Virus record (IMG/VR): IMGVR_UViG_2974574300_000001
Coordinates: 20,420 to 84,419 of that record
DNA: 64,000 bases
Direction: 5' to 3' (one strand)
DNA from: a virus
Taxonomy: Duplodnaviria; Heunggongvirae; Uroviricota; Caudoviricetes
The position numbers and the translations under genes were made by a program. The notes beneath the pieces were generated by a model that saw only the letters and a list, made by a program, of their open reading frames with translations, searched no databases and had not been told where the DNA came from. Each line of letters begins with the position of its first letter. Positions within the stretch are counted from its first letter, which is position 1. Positions 15,003-25,041 of this stretch are shown here, one piece after another.

Positions 15003-15304
15003 TTTCTCTTACCACCAATCTCTACGTCGATAACTTGAACATCGCCAGCAACATCAAACTTATGAATGATGCTTTCAACAGTGTAAGTCCAACCATCAAT
15101 GCGAACCAGCTCACCTTCTCGTGGAACTATTGGATTACGTTGAGCTACGGTTGTAGTGGAGTGAACAGCATCATAACAGTAGATATAGTTTACTAGGACT
15201 TCCATCGTGAAAACCTCACTCAATAACCGTAGTATGTGATTCCCCATTTTTGCCATAGCTGTAAGATGTTGTTGTTTGAGAGTTTGGGCATCTGACAACA
15301 ACAA
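14999..15304 (-). CDS. hypothetical protein
   Basis: 101 aa ORF. Confidence 0.35.
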   Translation of the reverse strand: MLLSDAQTLKQQHLTAMAKMGNHILRLLSEVFTMEVLVNYIYCYDAVHSTTTVAQRNPIVPREGELVRIDGWTYTVESIIHKFDVAGDVQVIDVEIGGKRK

Positions 15305-15473
15305 TATCTCTGCTTATAGCATCACCATGTAACTTGTATACTCTGCAATCTTGCATCTCTGGTGGGAGGCTGTAAGAAGCATTTTTATCTTCATAAGAAG
15401 GGTTGCAGCCAGATAGAAAAATTACTCCAAGTGCAACCATTGCTTTCACACAACTCTTAACCTTATTGTTCAC
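15216..15473 (-). CDS. small lipoprotein (possible superinfection-exclusion type)
   Basis: 85 aa; signal peptide with lipobox LSGC, two further Cys in the mature part. Confidence 0.45.
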   Translation of the reverse strand: MNNKVKSCVKAMVALGVIFLSGCNPSYEDKNASYSLPPEMQDCRVYKLHGDAISRDIVVVRCPNSQTTTSYSYGKNGESHTTVIE

Positions 15474-15605
15474 GATAGTCTACCTCTCTGTATGTTTTTA
15501 AATAGTGAGTGATGAGTTCTGGTAATTCACTACGTTTAACGTTTGAACGAAGAAGTGTCCAGTCAAAACCTTTACCAACCCTTCCCCAGAGACTGTACAT
15601 TTTCT

Positions 15606-15839
15606 TCATAGCAACTCCAGAATATCAATACGTTCACCTTTGAGTACTCCAGTACGGTCTCTTGCAATCTTACCATCAACAATAAGAATGTGCGCAGACT
15701 TTAAAGCCTCACGATTAAAACCTTTTACGAACTTACTAGGCATCACTACAATGTACATCTCCTGAATCAACTCTGGAGTATAGCAATTGTCATGAAGTTG
15801 CTGAATAACGTCTGCAAGTGTCATTTTTGATGTCTCCAA
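15606..15839 (-). CDS. hypothetical protein
   Basis: 77 aa ORF. Confidence 0.35.
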   Translation of the reverse strand: METSKMTLADVIQQLHDNCYTPELIQEMYIVVMPSKFVKGFNREALKSAHILIVDGKIARDRTGVLKGERIDILELL

Positions 15840-16030
15840 TACTCAATGTCAATAAGTTCTTGTGCAATGCTTTTCAGATTACCTTTCAAGAAAACCTTCT
15901 CAGAACCTGAAAGAGATGAATTGTCAATTAACCTGTTCATCCTCTCAAACAACTTCTGCTTACGGTTCTTGATAGTTTCCTTTGAAGCACCTTTCATCAT
16001 TGCTGCATGGGTTCTTCCACGGTGGCTCAT
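15821..16030 (-). CDS. hypothetical protein
   Basis: 69 aa ORF. Confidence 0.3.
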   Translation of the reverse strand: MSHRGRTHAAMMKGASKETIKNRKQKLFERMNRLIDNSSLSGSEKVFLKGNLKSIAQELIDIEYWRHQK

Positions 16031-16081
16031 AAGCCCTCCTATATAAGATACAGTATAAGGTACTCTTCCCTGAGCACCTTG

Positions 16082-16597
16082 TCAACTTAGTTTTGCAAAC
16101 TCTCCGTGGAGTTTAATAGCAGCTTCACAGTAAGCTTTATGGGCTTCTTCTTCCGTTGTGTATGTTCCTATATGTATAGTCTTGCCATTATGGTTAATCT
16201 GGGCTATCCACTTACCAGACTTGCTTCTACTTGTACCTTTTAAGTTTTTTGATGTTCTGGGTTGTCTCCTATTAGACATGTTCTGCTCTTTTGTGGCCTC
16301 TCTTAGATTGTCCCAAGCGTTATTCAAACCATCTCCATCTTTGTGGTCAATGTGTTTATCAGGCCACTTACCTGTCATCCAGAACCAAGCAATTCGGTGA
16401 TTACCTGTCCTGTATCCTAAAATCTGTGTGTGCATATACACACCAGACCTTGTGCGCTTAATTGCTCCGGCTTGGCTTCCAATGACCACCCTACTACTAT
16501 GTGGAGGTCTCCCAATCCATGTTAAGACCCCTGTTTCGGGGTCATAATCTAACCAAGACTTTAACTGTTCATGTGTGAATCCACAATCTCTCATCAA
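16082..16597 (-). CDS. HNH homing endonuclease with AP2-type DNA-binding domain
   Basis: 171 aa; YDPETGVLTW N-terminus, IDHKDGDGLNNAWDNL HNH region, C-terminal EEEAHKAYCEAAIKLHGEFA; free-standing, directly downstream of the polymerase. Confidence 0.65.
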   Translation of the reverse strand: MMRDCGFTHEQLKSWLDYDPETGVLTWIGRPPHSSRVVIGSQAGAIKRTRSGVYMHTQILGYRTGNHRIAWFWMTGKWPDKHIDHKDGDGLNNAWDNLREATKEQNMSNRRQPRTSKNLKGTSRSKSGKWIAQINHNGKTIHIGTYTTEEEAHKAYCEAAIKLHGEFAKLS

Positions 16598-17148
16598 TGT
16601 ACCTCATACCAGCTCTTACCAACTTTACCAGTACCAGTTACAAGCGTTTCCTCCTTAAGACCTAAGTTTCTTGATGCCTGACCATACATCCAGTCAATTA
16701 CTGCTTTAACATCCTGTGTCATCTCTTCTGGGCACTCCCAACTATTCTCGTCGTGGTATGCTAAAAGCAATCTAGCACCAATAGCTGGTTTTCGACCATT
16801 CAGCTTTGTAAGACCCTCTTCACAAGCCCTTCTACAAGCAAGGTTGATAGCTTCATTCTGAACCTGACTTTCCGAACCCATGAGCAAGTAATTTAAAAGT
16901 TTGTGCGGAGATTTACACCACAACCATGCACCTGCTACCTTTACAAAACCACCCTTAGAGATTGCAGCAGTCTTACCAAACACCTCTTCAAGAGCCTTCT
17001 TAGTGGCTTTGAAGTCTGCTTCCAAATTATCTATCAACTTTTTAATCTTAGGAAGGCGTACAAAGTAAGTTTGCTTAGTTAAAGCACCCTCTTCAGTAGT
17101 TGCAGCTTTAATCGTCTTAGCAAACTTCTCGTCACCTGCCCCAAACAA
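16594..17148 (-). CDS. DNA polymerase (family A), 3' exon
   Basis: 184 aa with FGAGDEKF (end of motif B) and LLAYHDE (motif C); separated from upstream pol ORF by an ORF-bearing intron-like insert. Confidence 0.7.
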   Translation of the reverse strand: MFGAGDEKFAKTIKAATTEEGALTKQTYFVRLPKIKKLIDNLEADFKATKKALEEVFGKTAAISKGGFVKVAGAWLWCKSPHKLLNYLLMGSESQVQNEAINLACRRACEEGLTKLNGRKPAIGARLLLAYHDENSWECPEEMTQDVKAVIDWMYGQASRNLGLKEETLVTGTGKVGKSWYEVH

Positions 17149-17951
17149 TACATCTGGTCAATACACTCGCAAGGTGTACCAGTTCTCTTATGAACTTCTC
17201 CGCATTTCTACGGAGTGTCGGACTATATCACGTAGCAGTGCTGCTACCGTTGCGCTTGGGATGGTCATTAGCTTACCACCCTACTCTACTCAGTTCATAC
17301 GTTAAGTATGCTTTTCGATAGTCTCTGAACGTTTCTCTGTTAGGAATCTCTATAATCATGTTATTTACTCAGGTAGTCAATTGCCCTTTGCATATTATCA
17401 ACGCTATCTGCAAGCAACCCCAAAGCTCTATTGCAATTGTGGCACAACATACCTCTTACTTTTCCGGTTTTGTGGTCATGGTCAACGACAAGTTTAGCCT
17501 TATGCCGTGAGCTATTCATGATAAAACCTTCACCGCCACAAATTTGACATTTGTAATCACAGTTACGAAGTAGGGTTTCAACCTCTTCTCTTTCTAAACC
17601 ATATGTTCTCAGGTAGTAATTCTTAACTCTACCTTTCTCTCCGCAATGCGAAGAACAATAAACTTGCCTTGCTGTTCTAGGCATGAACACCTTCTCACAG
17701 CTAGGACATTTCTTAGTAAGAACCCTATGTTCTGCTCTTCTGTCAAATTTTAATACGCAACTTCTGCACCGTTTTTGATTGTATTGGTATGGTTTAAACT
17801 CTGCACCACACTCAGTACACAATCTCTCTTTGTAACCTGCCATTGTCTCTCTCCTTTGTTTTAGGAGTCCTAACAGAGACTTCGCTGCTGATTACCATGT
17901 CTTTACAGACTTAGGCTTCCAGCAATTCACAACGTTTTACATGCGCCACTG
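17149..17951 (-). mobile_element. putative group I intron in the DNA polymerase gene (boundaries approximate)
   Basis: ~0.8 kb insert with stops in all pol frames, carrying an endonuclease ORF; joining ...RKKAKNGIYA to LLFGAG reconstructs the pol-A motif B spacing. Confidence 0.5.
17361..17843 (-). CDS. intron-encoded endonuclease (endonuclease VII-like HNH)
   Basis: 160 aa with multiple CxxC pairs and VVDHDHKTGKVRGMLCHNCNRALG, resembling T4 endo VII-type HNH. Confidence 0.6.
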   Translation of the reverse strand: MAGYKERLCTECGAEFKPYQYNQKRCRSCVLKFDRRAEHRVLTKKCPSCEKVFMPRTARQVYCSSHCGEKGRVKNYYLRTYGLEREEVETLLRNCDYKCQICGGEGFIMNSSRHKAKLVVDHDHKTGKVRGMLCHNCNRALGLLADSVDNMQRAIDYLSK

Positions 17952-20124
17952 ACGCATAAATACCATTCTTGGCTTTCTTACGACCCTTACTAATTTCTTG
18001 AAGAAGGTTTGTATCCTGAGTAGCTCGACAAGTCAAGATATCTTCCTCTTTATTAAGGCTGAAGTAGATACTATTTAAAGTATGTGCATCAGTTCCTGAG
18101 TACACCACGTACAAGTCATTTTCCGAATCATAATGCAAATACTTGTCAATCTCTGGGTTTAGATACTGGTCAAAATGTTTACAATAGTATCTACCATCCT
18201 CTTGTTTGACAAACTCAACCTCTTCTTTACCCTCTGTCACTGCTTTGGTGAACTCTTTATCACCCATAAAGTTACACAGCAGTACAAGTTGCGCGCTATT
18301 CATATCTGCTGAAACAATATTAGTCCCTTCTTCACAAGTCCACACCTCCCGCATAGGTGCTCCATAGACAGCAGCACCAGATGGTACGTTTACAATACCA
18401 TATTGTGTCATACGCCCAGTTGAAGTACCAAACACCATTGCACCAGCACTAAGGCGACCATCAGGACGAATCTGGTTCAACCAACCTTTTTCATCATCCT
18501 TTGAGTTCTCAATAGTTCTGCGTCTGTGCATCAAAGTATAGTATTTAGCAATCTTCTGTCCAAGCTCACCTTCAATCGTATCATAAGATGATTCAGTAAG
18601 TTTTGGCGAAGTACGGATTAAGCAAGGCTCAAGCAAATCTGTGTACTTCTTCACAGACCAGTTATGCTCAATGTACTGGACACCTTCATGTTCAACATAA
18701 CTCAAACCACACCGCTCAACCATTTCCTGCCACTTAGGATGTTTTGTAATCATCTTTTTATTGTCTTTGAAACGACAAACTTTGACAGGACGACCATCTG
18801 AGTCTTTCTTGTAGTTCCAGTCATCTGGAATCCAACCAACTGATTTCAAGTAGTCTTTAACAACTGCTACCTGAGTCATACGAGAAACTTCGAACTCAAT
18901 TGGTGTATATGGTGCATCAATCAAACCTGTGTAGCGACTTGACTCAAGTTCAAAGTGGTTAACGACGTGGCTGTTATAGTACTTCACAGTTTTGACTGTT
19001 TTTACTGGTTTCCAGTCTTTGCATTTCTTACCAATCTTTGCGTTCAACTCATTGCAAATTGCACGAGCATCCTTCATTGCTACAAAGCCTTCCTTGTACT
19101 CTTCACCAGTTACAGTGTTGGTTGGTGTATAGCAATTTCTCTTTTCAATGTTAAAAATCTTTGTAGTTGGCTTACCAAATGGCTTGATTTCATAAGTTTG
19201 CATCTCACCGTTACGTACCTGCTGACGATACTTTGTTTTAGGGTACTTGGTAATTCTCTTCAGTCCATCTGCATGACCAAATGTTTCAACATACTCATTC
19301 CAAGCTTTTGCAAACTCTTCTCCAGTGACTTTACCTTTGGTCTTAATAGTTGGAGGAAGATGTGGTTCAACCTCTGAAGCAAGCTCATTAGTCAACTTGT
19401 CAAGTTCCTTCACATGGAACTCCATAAGCTCTTTATCAGCTTTCCAACCATTGATAGCTTGTTGACTCATCCAGAAAGATGTTTCTTTAGCTCGCATGTA
19501 GGTTTCATAAGTGTCTATGCCACACTTCTTAAGCTTGAGATACTCATTATCAAGTGCCCGTTTAGTTTTGGCGTTAATACGGATATCTTCTACAACACGA
19601 GTGAAGATTTCTGCATTCCACACACCCCAATGCTCAATCTCTGGTTTACGAACACCAACACGAGCACCCCATGCAGCCAAACCATGAGCACCTTTATAAC
19701 CCTTTGGAGTTGGTCTATCCATCCACTGAACACGAGACTGGATAAGAGAATCCTGAAAGAAATTACTCCACGGCTTACATTTTGGATTATCAAAGTTCCA
19801 TAAATCCGGTGCAATGTGATTGAAGACCCACCAGTCATAACCGAGGCCGTTATGGATACAAAGTCGTTTTGCCTTTAACGCAAACTCAACACCTTCACGT
19901 AAACCACCCTTAATGTACTTAGTGTACTTGTGACCGAGGATAGGCTCATCTGTAAAGACCCATACAGGTGGCTCTTCATCGTCAGATTTATAGTCTGCAA
20001 AGGCCATTACGTGAACTTTAGTGAACTCAAGGAGTAAACCATCAGTTTCTGTATCACCAACCAAATGTAAGTTTTTAAAATCTACGTTTTCCATTTTTAC
20101 TCCCTCTAAAATCATTAACCCCAT
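17952..20124 (-). CDS. DNA polymerase (family A), 5' exon with 3'-5' exonuclease region
   Basis: ORF 17911..20124 (737 aa); the last ~13 codons are probably intron sequence; C-terminus reaches the start of motif B (RKKAKNGIY). Confidence 0.7.
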
Positions 20125-20154
20125 ACATTACTGCAAAAAATTATAAAAAGCAAG

Positions 20155-20183
20155 TTGACAATACACTTGACAAGGTGTTAATC
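20155..20183 (+). promoter_or_regulatory. sigma70-like promoter in divergent intergenic region
   Basis: ttgaca-N17-ttaatc; a second ttgacaagg box lies inside the spacer. Confidence 0.3.
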
Positions 20184-20350
20184 TTTGCGAAGTGGGTTTT
20201 TACTTAAAAGGTTACTTAACAGTTTAACTATACAGATACTTTAAAACTCTTAAAAGATTATTTAATAGCTTTTAAAAAGCTTTAAAGTATAACGTATAGA
20301 ATACGTTAAGATAAAAGATTAAACTTAATAGTTACTTAAAAGAGGCTTAC

Positions 20351-20773
20351 ATGCAGAAAATGTTTGTTCACCCAGACATAGCTGACTTTGTTAGAGCTTT
20401 GCAGAAGTTGGAAGAACTTGACATTGCTGCTCAACGGGAATATGCTCACCATCACAGGAGAATGGTTGATATACAACATGAAATAGAGTTGTCTGAAAAC
20501 TATGAAGATGACTTAAAATGCTCTGTATTTGAGCATATGAAAGATGTTGCTACAGCGAGACGTAAAGCTAAAGACACAGTTGCTTTACTAGATTCTCTTA
20601 AAAAGAGGTTGCAAAGTGGTACAGACCTGTGTAATCTAGCGTCACTGATTAACGATGTTGAAACTTCTTGGGATAGGCACTATTATCCACGTTCTGAAAA
20701 GACACTTGACTTTTCTTCATCCGAAAACTTAAAATGTTCTAGAAAGAAACTTAACCAACTGAGAGAGAAATAA
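20351..20773 (+). CDS. hypothetical protein
   Basis: 140 aa ORF opening the + strand replication block. Confidence 0.4.
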   Translation: MQKMFVHPDIADFVRALQKLEELDIAAQREYAHHHRRMVDIQHEIELSENYEDDLKCSVFEHMKDVATARRKAKDTVALLDSLKKRLQSGTDLCNLASLINDVETSWDRHYYPRSEKTLDFSSSENLKCSRKKLNQLREK

Positions 20774-20774
20774 T

Positions 20775-21575
20775 ATGAATATCGATGTAGAAAAGATGCT
20801 TGAAGAAAAAGGTATTGACGAAGCGTTCTTAATCAATGCTGTAGAAAGCATGGCTATGATTCTTCGTGGTAACAACTACACAGAACAGTTTATGCCTGCA
20901 AGCTATAACTTGCCTGAAGACAAGTCTGATAACGGTGCTTTTGCAGAACAGGTTAACATGATGTTGACAGACACTACACTTGCTCTAGCATCTATTGCTG
21001 TTGGTGTTGATGCACTTGCTGAGTTTATTTTTTATGAAATGCAAAAGAATGACTATATCAGGATGTCAGACGAAGATAAGGAACTGTTACTGACTAAGGA
21101 TACTGATTTCCTTATTGACATGCTTATCTCATCAACAAGTGTTGTTATGGCTGCGCTTGAGAAGCGTATGGAAGAAAAGCTGTCACGATATGAAAAGCTT
21201 GATTGGGGCGTAGAAGAATTAAGCCCACGAATCAAAGAGATTATCCAGCAAACTAAAAAGTCTTTGGAAGAAGCTGTTGAAAATGACTCTGTAGCTGATA
21301 TAGAGCCACTTCAGGTGAAAGTTGCGCTAATGATTCCAGCTATCTCTACGATGATGAATATCGTTGCACTAATCCAACTTTCACAGATGATGGGTATGAG
21401 TATTGAGTTCATTGAGGAGATGACTGGTGGTGTTAGTATGCAAGCAATCAATGATGTTTTGGTGAATATTGGTGCTTCAATCATTGAAGAGAAACTACGC
21501 ATTAACTTCGGTGATGATTTTGTGAAGCAACTCTCAGCTATGGCTGAAAAAGAGTCTGCTGAGCAACTGCACTAA
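20775..21575 (+). CDS. hypothetical protein
   Basis: 266 aa ORF. Confidence 0.4.
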   Translation: MNIDVEKMLEEKGIDEAFLINAVESMAMILRGNNYTEQFMPASYNLPEDKSDNGAFAEQVNMMLTDTTLALASIAVGVDALAEFIFYEMQKNDYIRMSDEDKELLLTKDTDFLIDMLISSTSVVMAALEKRMEEKLSRYEKLDWGVEELSPRIKEIIQQTKKSLEEAVENDSVADIEPLQVKVALMIPAISTMMNIVALIQLSQMMGMSIEFIEEMTGGVSMQAINDVLVNIGASIIEEKLRINFGDDFVKQLSAMAEKESAEQLH

Positions 21576-21594
21576 GCCTTTATAAATCTTACAA

Positions 21595-21620
21595 GCCTCC
21601 TTAGTTGGGGGCTTTTTAGT
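21595..21620 (+). terminator. rho-independent terminator
   Basis: agcctcc-ttagttg-gggggct followed by ttttt. Confidence 0.4.
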
Positions 21621-21636
21621 AATTAATGGAGATAAA

Positions 21637-22380
21637 ATGAGTAAAATCATCGCATTTACTGGAAAGGCACGTTCTGGAAAAGACACCTCGTGCTCTATTG
21701 TGAAGAACATCTTAGAGGATGAGTACGGCTACAATGTTGCAGTAATGGCCTATGCAGACAACCTTAAGCTATCTGCATCAAAGATATTTGACCTGACTTG
21801 GAATGACCTGTATGGTGAAACTAAAGAGACTCCACAGGTTTTTGACTTATCATATCCTGAACTGATGTCAAAAGTTACGGAAGCTATGGAGTTCACCTTC
21901 AGAGATGAACGTTACCATATGGACTTCAAGCTTATGTCAGAGTTAACCGGACGATTGATTATGGAGCTTAAGAAGGTCGCTAAACCAACTCTATTGACAC
22001 GTCTGGGATTTAGCAAGAAGTATAAATTCTCATCAAGACAAATTCAACAGATTTGGGGTACTGAAGTTATCCGTAAAGTTATGGGTGACAAATTCTGGGC
22101 TAAAGACCTTGAAAAAAGAATGGTTAGATTCTATGAAATGTGCTCACTTAGAAATCAATATGGTTTTGTCTTAATCAGTGATTTAAGATTTGACTCTGAA
22201 GCTGAATGGCTGAGTAGATTTGCACACCAAACTATTGAAGTAAAAAGAGACAATGTGGACAAAGTTTCATCACATGTTTCAGAAAATGGGATTTCTACAA
22301 AATATGAGCGTGACATTATTCATAATAATGGTACTCTTGCAGACCTTGAGAACAAGCTAAGAGCCATCATTAAAGTTTAA
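21637..22380 (+). CDS. deoxynucleoside monophosphate kinase-like P-loop kinase
   Basis: 247 aa; N-terminal IIAFTGKARSGKDT P-loop like T4 gp1 dNMP kinase (GVKRSGKDT). Confidence 0.55.
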   Translation: MSKIIAFTGKARSGKDTSCSIVKNILEDEYGYNVAVMAYADNLKLSASKIFDLTWNDLYGETKETPQVFDLSYPELMSKVTEAMEFTFRDERYHMDFKLMSELTGRLIMELKKVAKPTLLTRLGFSKKYKFSSRQIQQIWGTEVIRKVMGDKFWAKDLEKRMVRFYEMCSLRNQYGFVLISDLRFDSEAEWLSRFAHQTIEVKRDNVDKVSSHVSENGISTKYERDIIHNNGTLADLENKLRAIIKV

Positions 22381-22388
22381 AAGAGAGA

Positions 22389-22589
22389 ATGAAGATGAGA
22401 GTAAAAGACAATTTTAAAGTTATTGACCACCGTTTAGTGGAACTCTCATCTCTTTCCAATGAGGTAATGATTGAACGTCTTAAGAGAGTTGAATCACGAA
22501 GGAAAGAGATTGCAGATGAAATTCATGAACTGGACAAGATTGAAAATGGATTGAAGGCAGAACTACAACGAAGAGGTGCTAATGTCTAA
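22389..22589 (+). CDS. small coiled-coil protein
   Basis: 66 aa ORF. Confidence 0.3.
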   Translation: MKMRVKDNFKVIDHRLVELSSLSNEVMIERLKRVESRRKEIADEIHELDKIENGLKAELQRRGANV

Positions 22590-24567
22590 AGGTCGTAAAT
22601 TGAAAGAGGCTGGTCAGTTTATTGGTCATTGTGCATGTCCACGTTGTGGTTCATCAGATGCTGGTTCAATCTACCATCATGACGATGATTCTTATTCGAT
22701 GACTTGCTTTAGCTGTAACAAAGGTTTCCCAGAGTGGGATTTTGATAAAGGACAAATCGTGAGCACTTATTCTACTGGTTCAGACAATAAAAACCGTACT
22801 TTCCGTGGAATGGATTTAGAAGATGTAAAAGAAAACCTTGAAGCAATGGACTTGAAAGACAGGAAGATTCCTGCAAAAGTTCTTGAGCGTTTGGGTATCA
22901 AAGTTGACATTGACAGTGACGGTGAAATTGACGCACATTTCTACCCAACTTACAAACGCAATGAAGATGGCAAGCTAGAGCACGTTGGTTACCGTGTACG
23001 TCATCGTTATCCAGAAGACCATCCAAAAGAACACCTACGAGGTAAGCTAAAAGACTTTTCAGGTGGTGTTGGAGACATTAAAGGTGAACTGGCAATGTTC
23101 GGTTCATGGATTGCTCCAGAAGGTGGTAACCGTCTATTCATCTGGGAAGGTGAGATGGAATGTGCGACAGCAATCTATATGACTTCTCTTGCGATTAAGG
23201 ACAAGTCTCGTCGTAAAAATTACTGTCACGTATCTGTTCCATCAGGTGCAAACATCAAGTCTATCAAAGATAACTATCAGTACATTACATCATTTGATGA
23301 AATCTACTTGTGCTTTGATAACGATGAAGCAGGTGCTAAAGCTACCAAAGAGGCTGCTGGCATTCTCCCTATCGAGAAGGTTCGTTTATTCCAGTATCCA
23401 GAGGGTGTAAAAGACCTTAACGAATGGTGGACAAAGTTCTATAAAGAGAAAGATACAGTTCTGGAAGGATTTAAGCAGCGTATCTACAATGCACCCCGTT
23501 ACTGCCCTGCTGGTATCAAGAACTTCGCAGATGGTTTTGAGGCAATGAAGAACCGTGGTCAGATTCCATTGATTCCTTTCCCAGAATCATTCGGAGATTT
23601 GAACAGACTGACTTATGGTGGTTATGGGCTAGGTGAGATTACAACTCTGGCAGCACCATCTTCAGTGGGTAAATCAGCATACACTCGTGAAATGATTTAC
23701 ACAGCTTGGAAAGATACCGATTACAATATTGGTGTAATTCCTGTAGAGGATACCTATGAAGAGTTGATGGAGATGCTCTGTGCAATCCACCTGAGCAAGC
23801 AGATTTCTGAGATTCCTTATGACGAACGTGATTGGGATGAATTGAAGGAAGCACACGCAGAACTATCTAAAGGTCGTCGTATCCACATCGTAGACCATCA
23901 AGGGGCAATTGACCAAGATAACTTGCTGGAGTTTGTTGACTATCTTGTTAATAGCCTTGATTGTAAGATTATTATTCTTGACCCTATTACGTTGGCTCTG
24001 TCACGTTCAGATACGGATGAAGAGGAAGTTTTGTCTGAGCTATTGCGCCGTTGCAAACGCTACCAGTATGCACAGGTGAACGTCTGCCACGTTCGTAAAA
24101 GTGCAGGTGGTCAGAAGGCTAACTCTGAAGGTGGAGATATCTCTGAAGAGGATATTAAAGGTTCTGGTGCGTATTTCCAGATTTCTATGAACAACATTCT
24201 GTTAATGCGTAACAAGGTTGACCCAGACCCTGTTAAGAAAAACCTGACAAAAATCAAGTTAACTAAATGTCGTCGTCACGGTAAGTCAACGGGTATTGCT
24301 GGTCATACTTGGTACAATCCAGATACAGGACGCCTCATCAAAGCATCTGGTTGCGGAGTTGACATTGATGGTGCAGCAGAGAATATTCGCCAACAGTTTG
24401 GTATTGGCGAAGCTGAAGACCATTACGATGACTCTTTGCCACATTATGAGGATGAAGTGTTTGACCGTGAGACTGGTGAAGTCTATACTGAAGAGCAGCG
24501 TCAAAGCTCAACGATTCCACCTGTATTAAGTGAGGATGCAGATGACTGCCCATTCGAAACTGAGTGA
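22576..24567 (+). CDS. bifunctional primase-helicase (zinc-finger primase plus DnaB-like helicase)
   Basis: 663 aa; N-terminal CPRCGSSD...CFSCNKGF zinc ribbon, central acidic primase-like region, Walker A LAAPSSVGKSAYT. Confidence 0.75.
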   Translation: MLMSKGRKLKEAGQFIGHCACPRCGSSDAGSIYHHDDDSYSMTCFSCNKGFPEWDFDKGQIVSTYSTGSDNKNRTFRGMDLEDVKENLEAMDLKDRKIPAKVLERLGIKVDIDSDGEIDAHFYPTYKRNEDGKLEHVGYRVRHRYPEDHPKEHLRGKLKDFSGGVGDIKGELAMFGSWIAPEGGNRLFIWEGEMECATAIYMTSLAIKDKSRRKNYCHVSVPSGANIKSIKDNYQYITSFDEIYLCFDNDEAGAKATKEAAGILPIEKVRLFQYPEGVKDLNEWWTKFYKEKDTVLEGFKQRIYNAPRYCPAGIKNFADGFEAMKNRGQIPLIPFPESFGDLNRLTYGGYGLGEITTLAAPSSVGKSAYTREMIYTAWKDTDYNIGVIPVEDTYEELMEMLCAIHLSKQISEIPYDERDWDELKEAHAELSKGRRIHIVDHQGAIDQDNLLEFVDYLVNSLDCKIIILDPITLALSRSDTDEEEVLSELLRRCKRYQYAQVNVCHVRKSAGGQKANSEGGDISEEDIKGSGAYFQISMNNILLMRNKVDPDPVKKNLTKIKLTKCRRHGKSTGIAGHTWYNPDTGRLIKASGCGVDIDGAAENIRQQFGIGEAEDHYDDSLPHYEDEVFDRETGEVYTEEQRQSSTIPPVLSEDADDCPFETE

Positions 24568-24637
24568 TAGTTATAAAAGAGAGGGGTTCACACCCTTCTT
24601 TGAAGAAAAAAGTTTAAATAAATTTCAGGAAGAGTGT

Positions 24638-24666
24638 TTGACAAAGATTGATAGGTTCTATAGAAT
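24638..24666 (+). promoter_or_regulatory. sigma70-like promoter
   Basis: ttgaca-N17-tagaat upstream of a small basic ORF and the SSB-like gene. Confidence 0.45.
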
Positions 24667-24819
24667 GCTCCTTATGAAATGCGATGGGGAAGTTGAGATA
24701 AAAGAAGATTTCCACCAAAGCATAATTACAGTCATCATTGCGCTGCCTCAGCATAATATTAGTTGGCTGTTTATAATTAAAGAAAATGTGTTTGAATATC
24801 AAGTATATCGGAGAATATC

Positions 24820-24969
24820 ATGAAACACTCTAAAGCATTTGAAAAAGTTTTTGGGGATTCCTTAAAAGCCACTGCTGGAAAACCAGCAAAATACTATGAA
24901 GAAAAACGTGTAAGAACTGGAAAAACTGCACGTAAAGCAGCTTCTAAAGATAAGCACAACTTCCAGTAA
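24820..24969 (+). CDS. small basic protein (not in ORF track)
   Basis: 49 aa, Lys/Arg-rich, ATG with ggag RBS 8 nt upstream. Confidence 0.3.
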   Translation: MKHSKAFEKVFGDSLKATAGKPAKYYEEKRVRTGKTARKAASKDKHNFQ

Positions 24970-25041
24970 TTAGTATTTGACAATAGAGTATCAACAAATT
25001 AGAATTGGTACTCTTCATAAATTGAGATAGAGGTTTAAATA

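Noticed and set aside
17149-17951. Intein rather than intron as the cause of the split DNA polymerase
   Set aside because: The insert contains stop codons in the polymerase frame and its endonuclease ORF is in a different frame with its own start, which fits an intron or a split gene but not an in-frame intein
24530-24823. 97 aa ORF downstream of the primase-helicase
   Set aside because: It starts inside the primase-helicase 3' end and spans a consensus-like sigma70 promoter (ttgaca-N17-tagaat at 24638-24666); more likely a promoter/leader region for the small basic ORF at 24820 and the SSB-like gene
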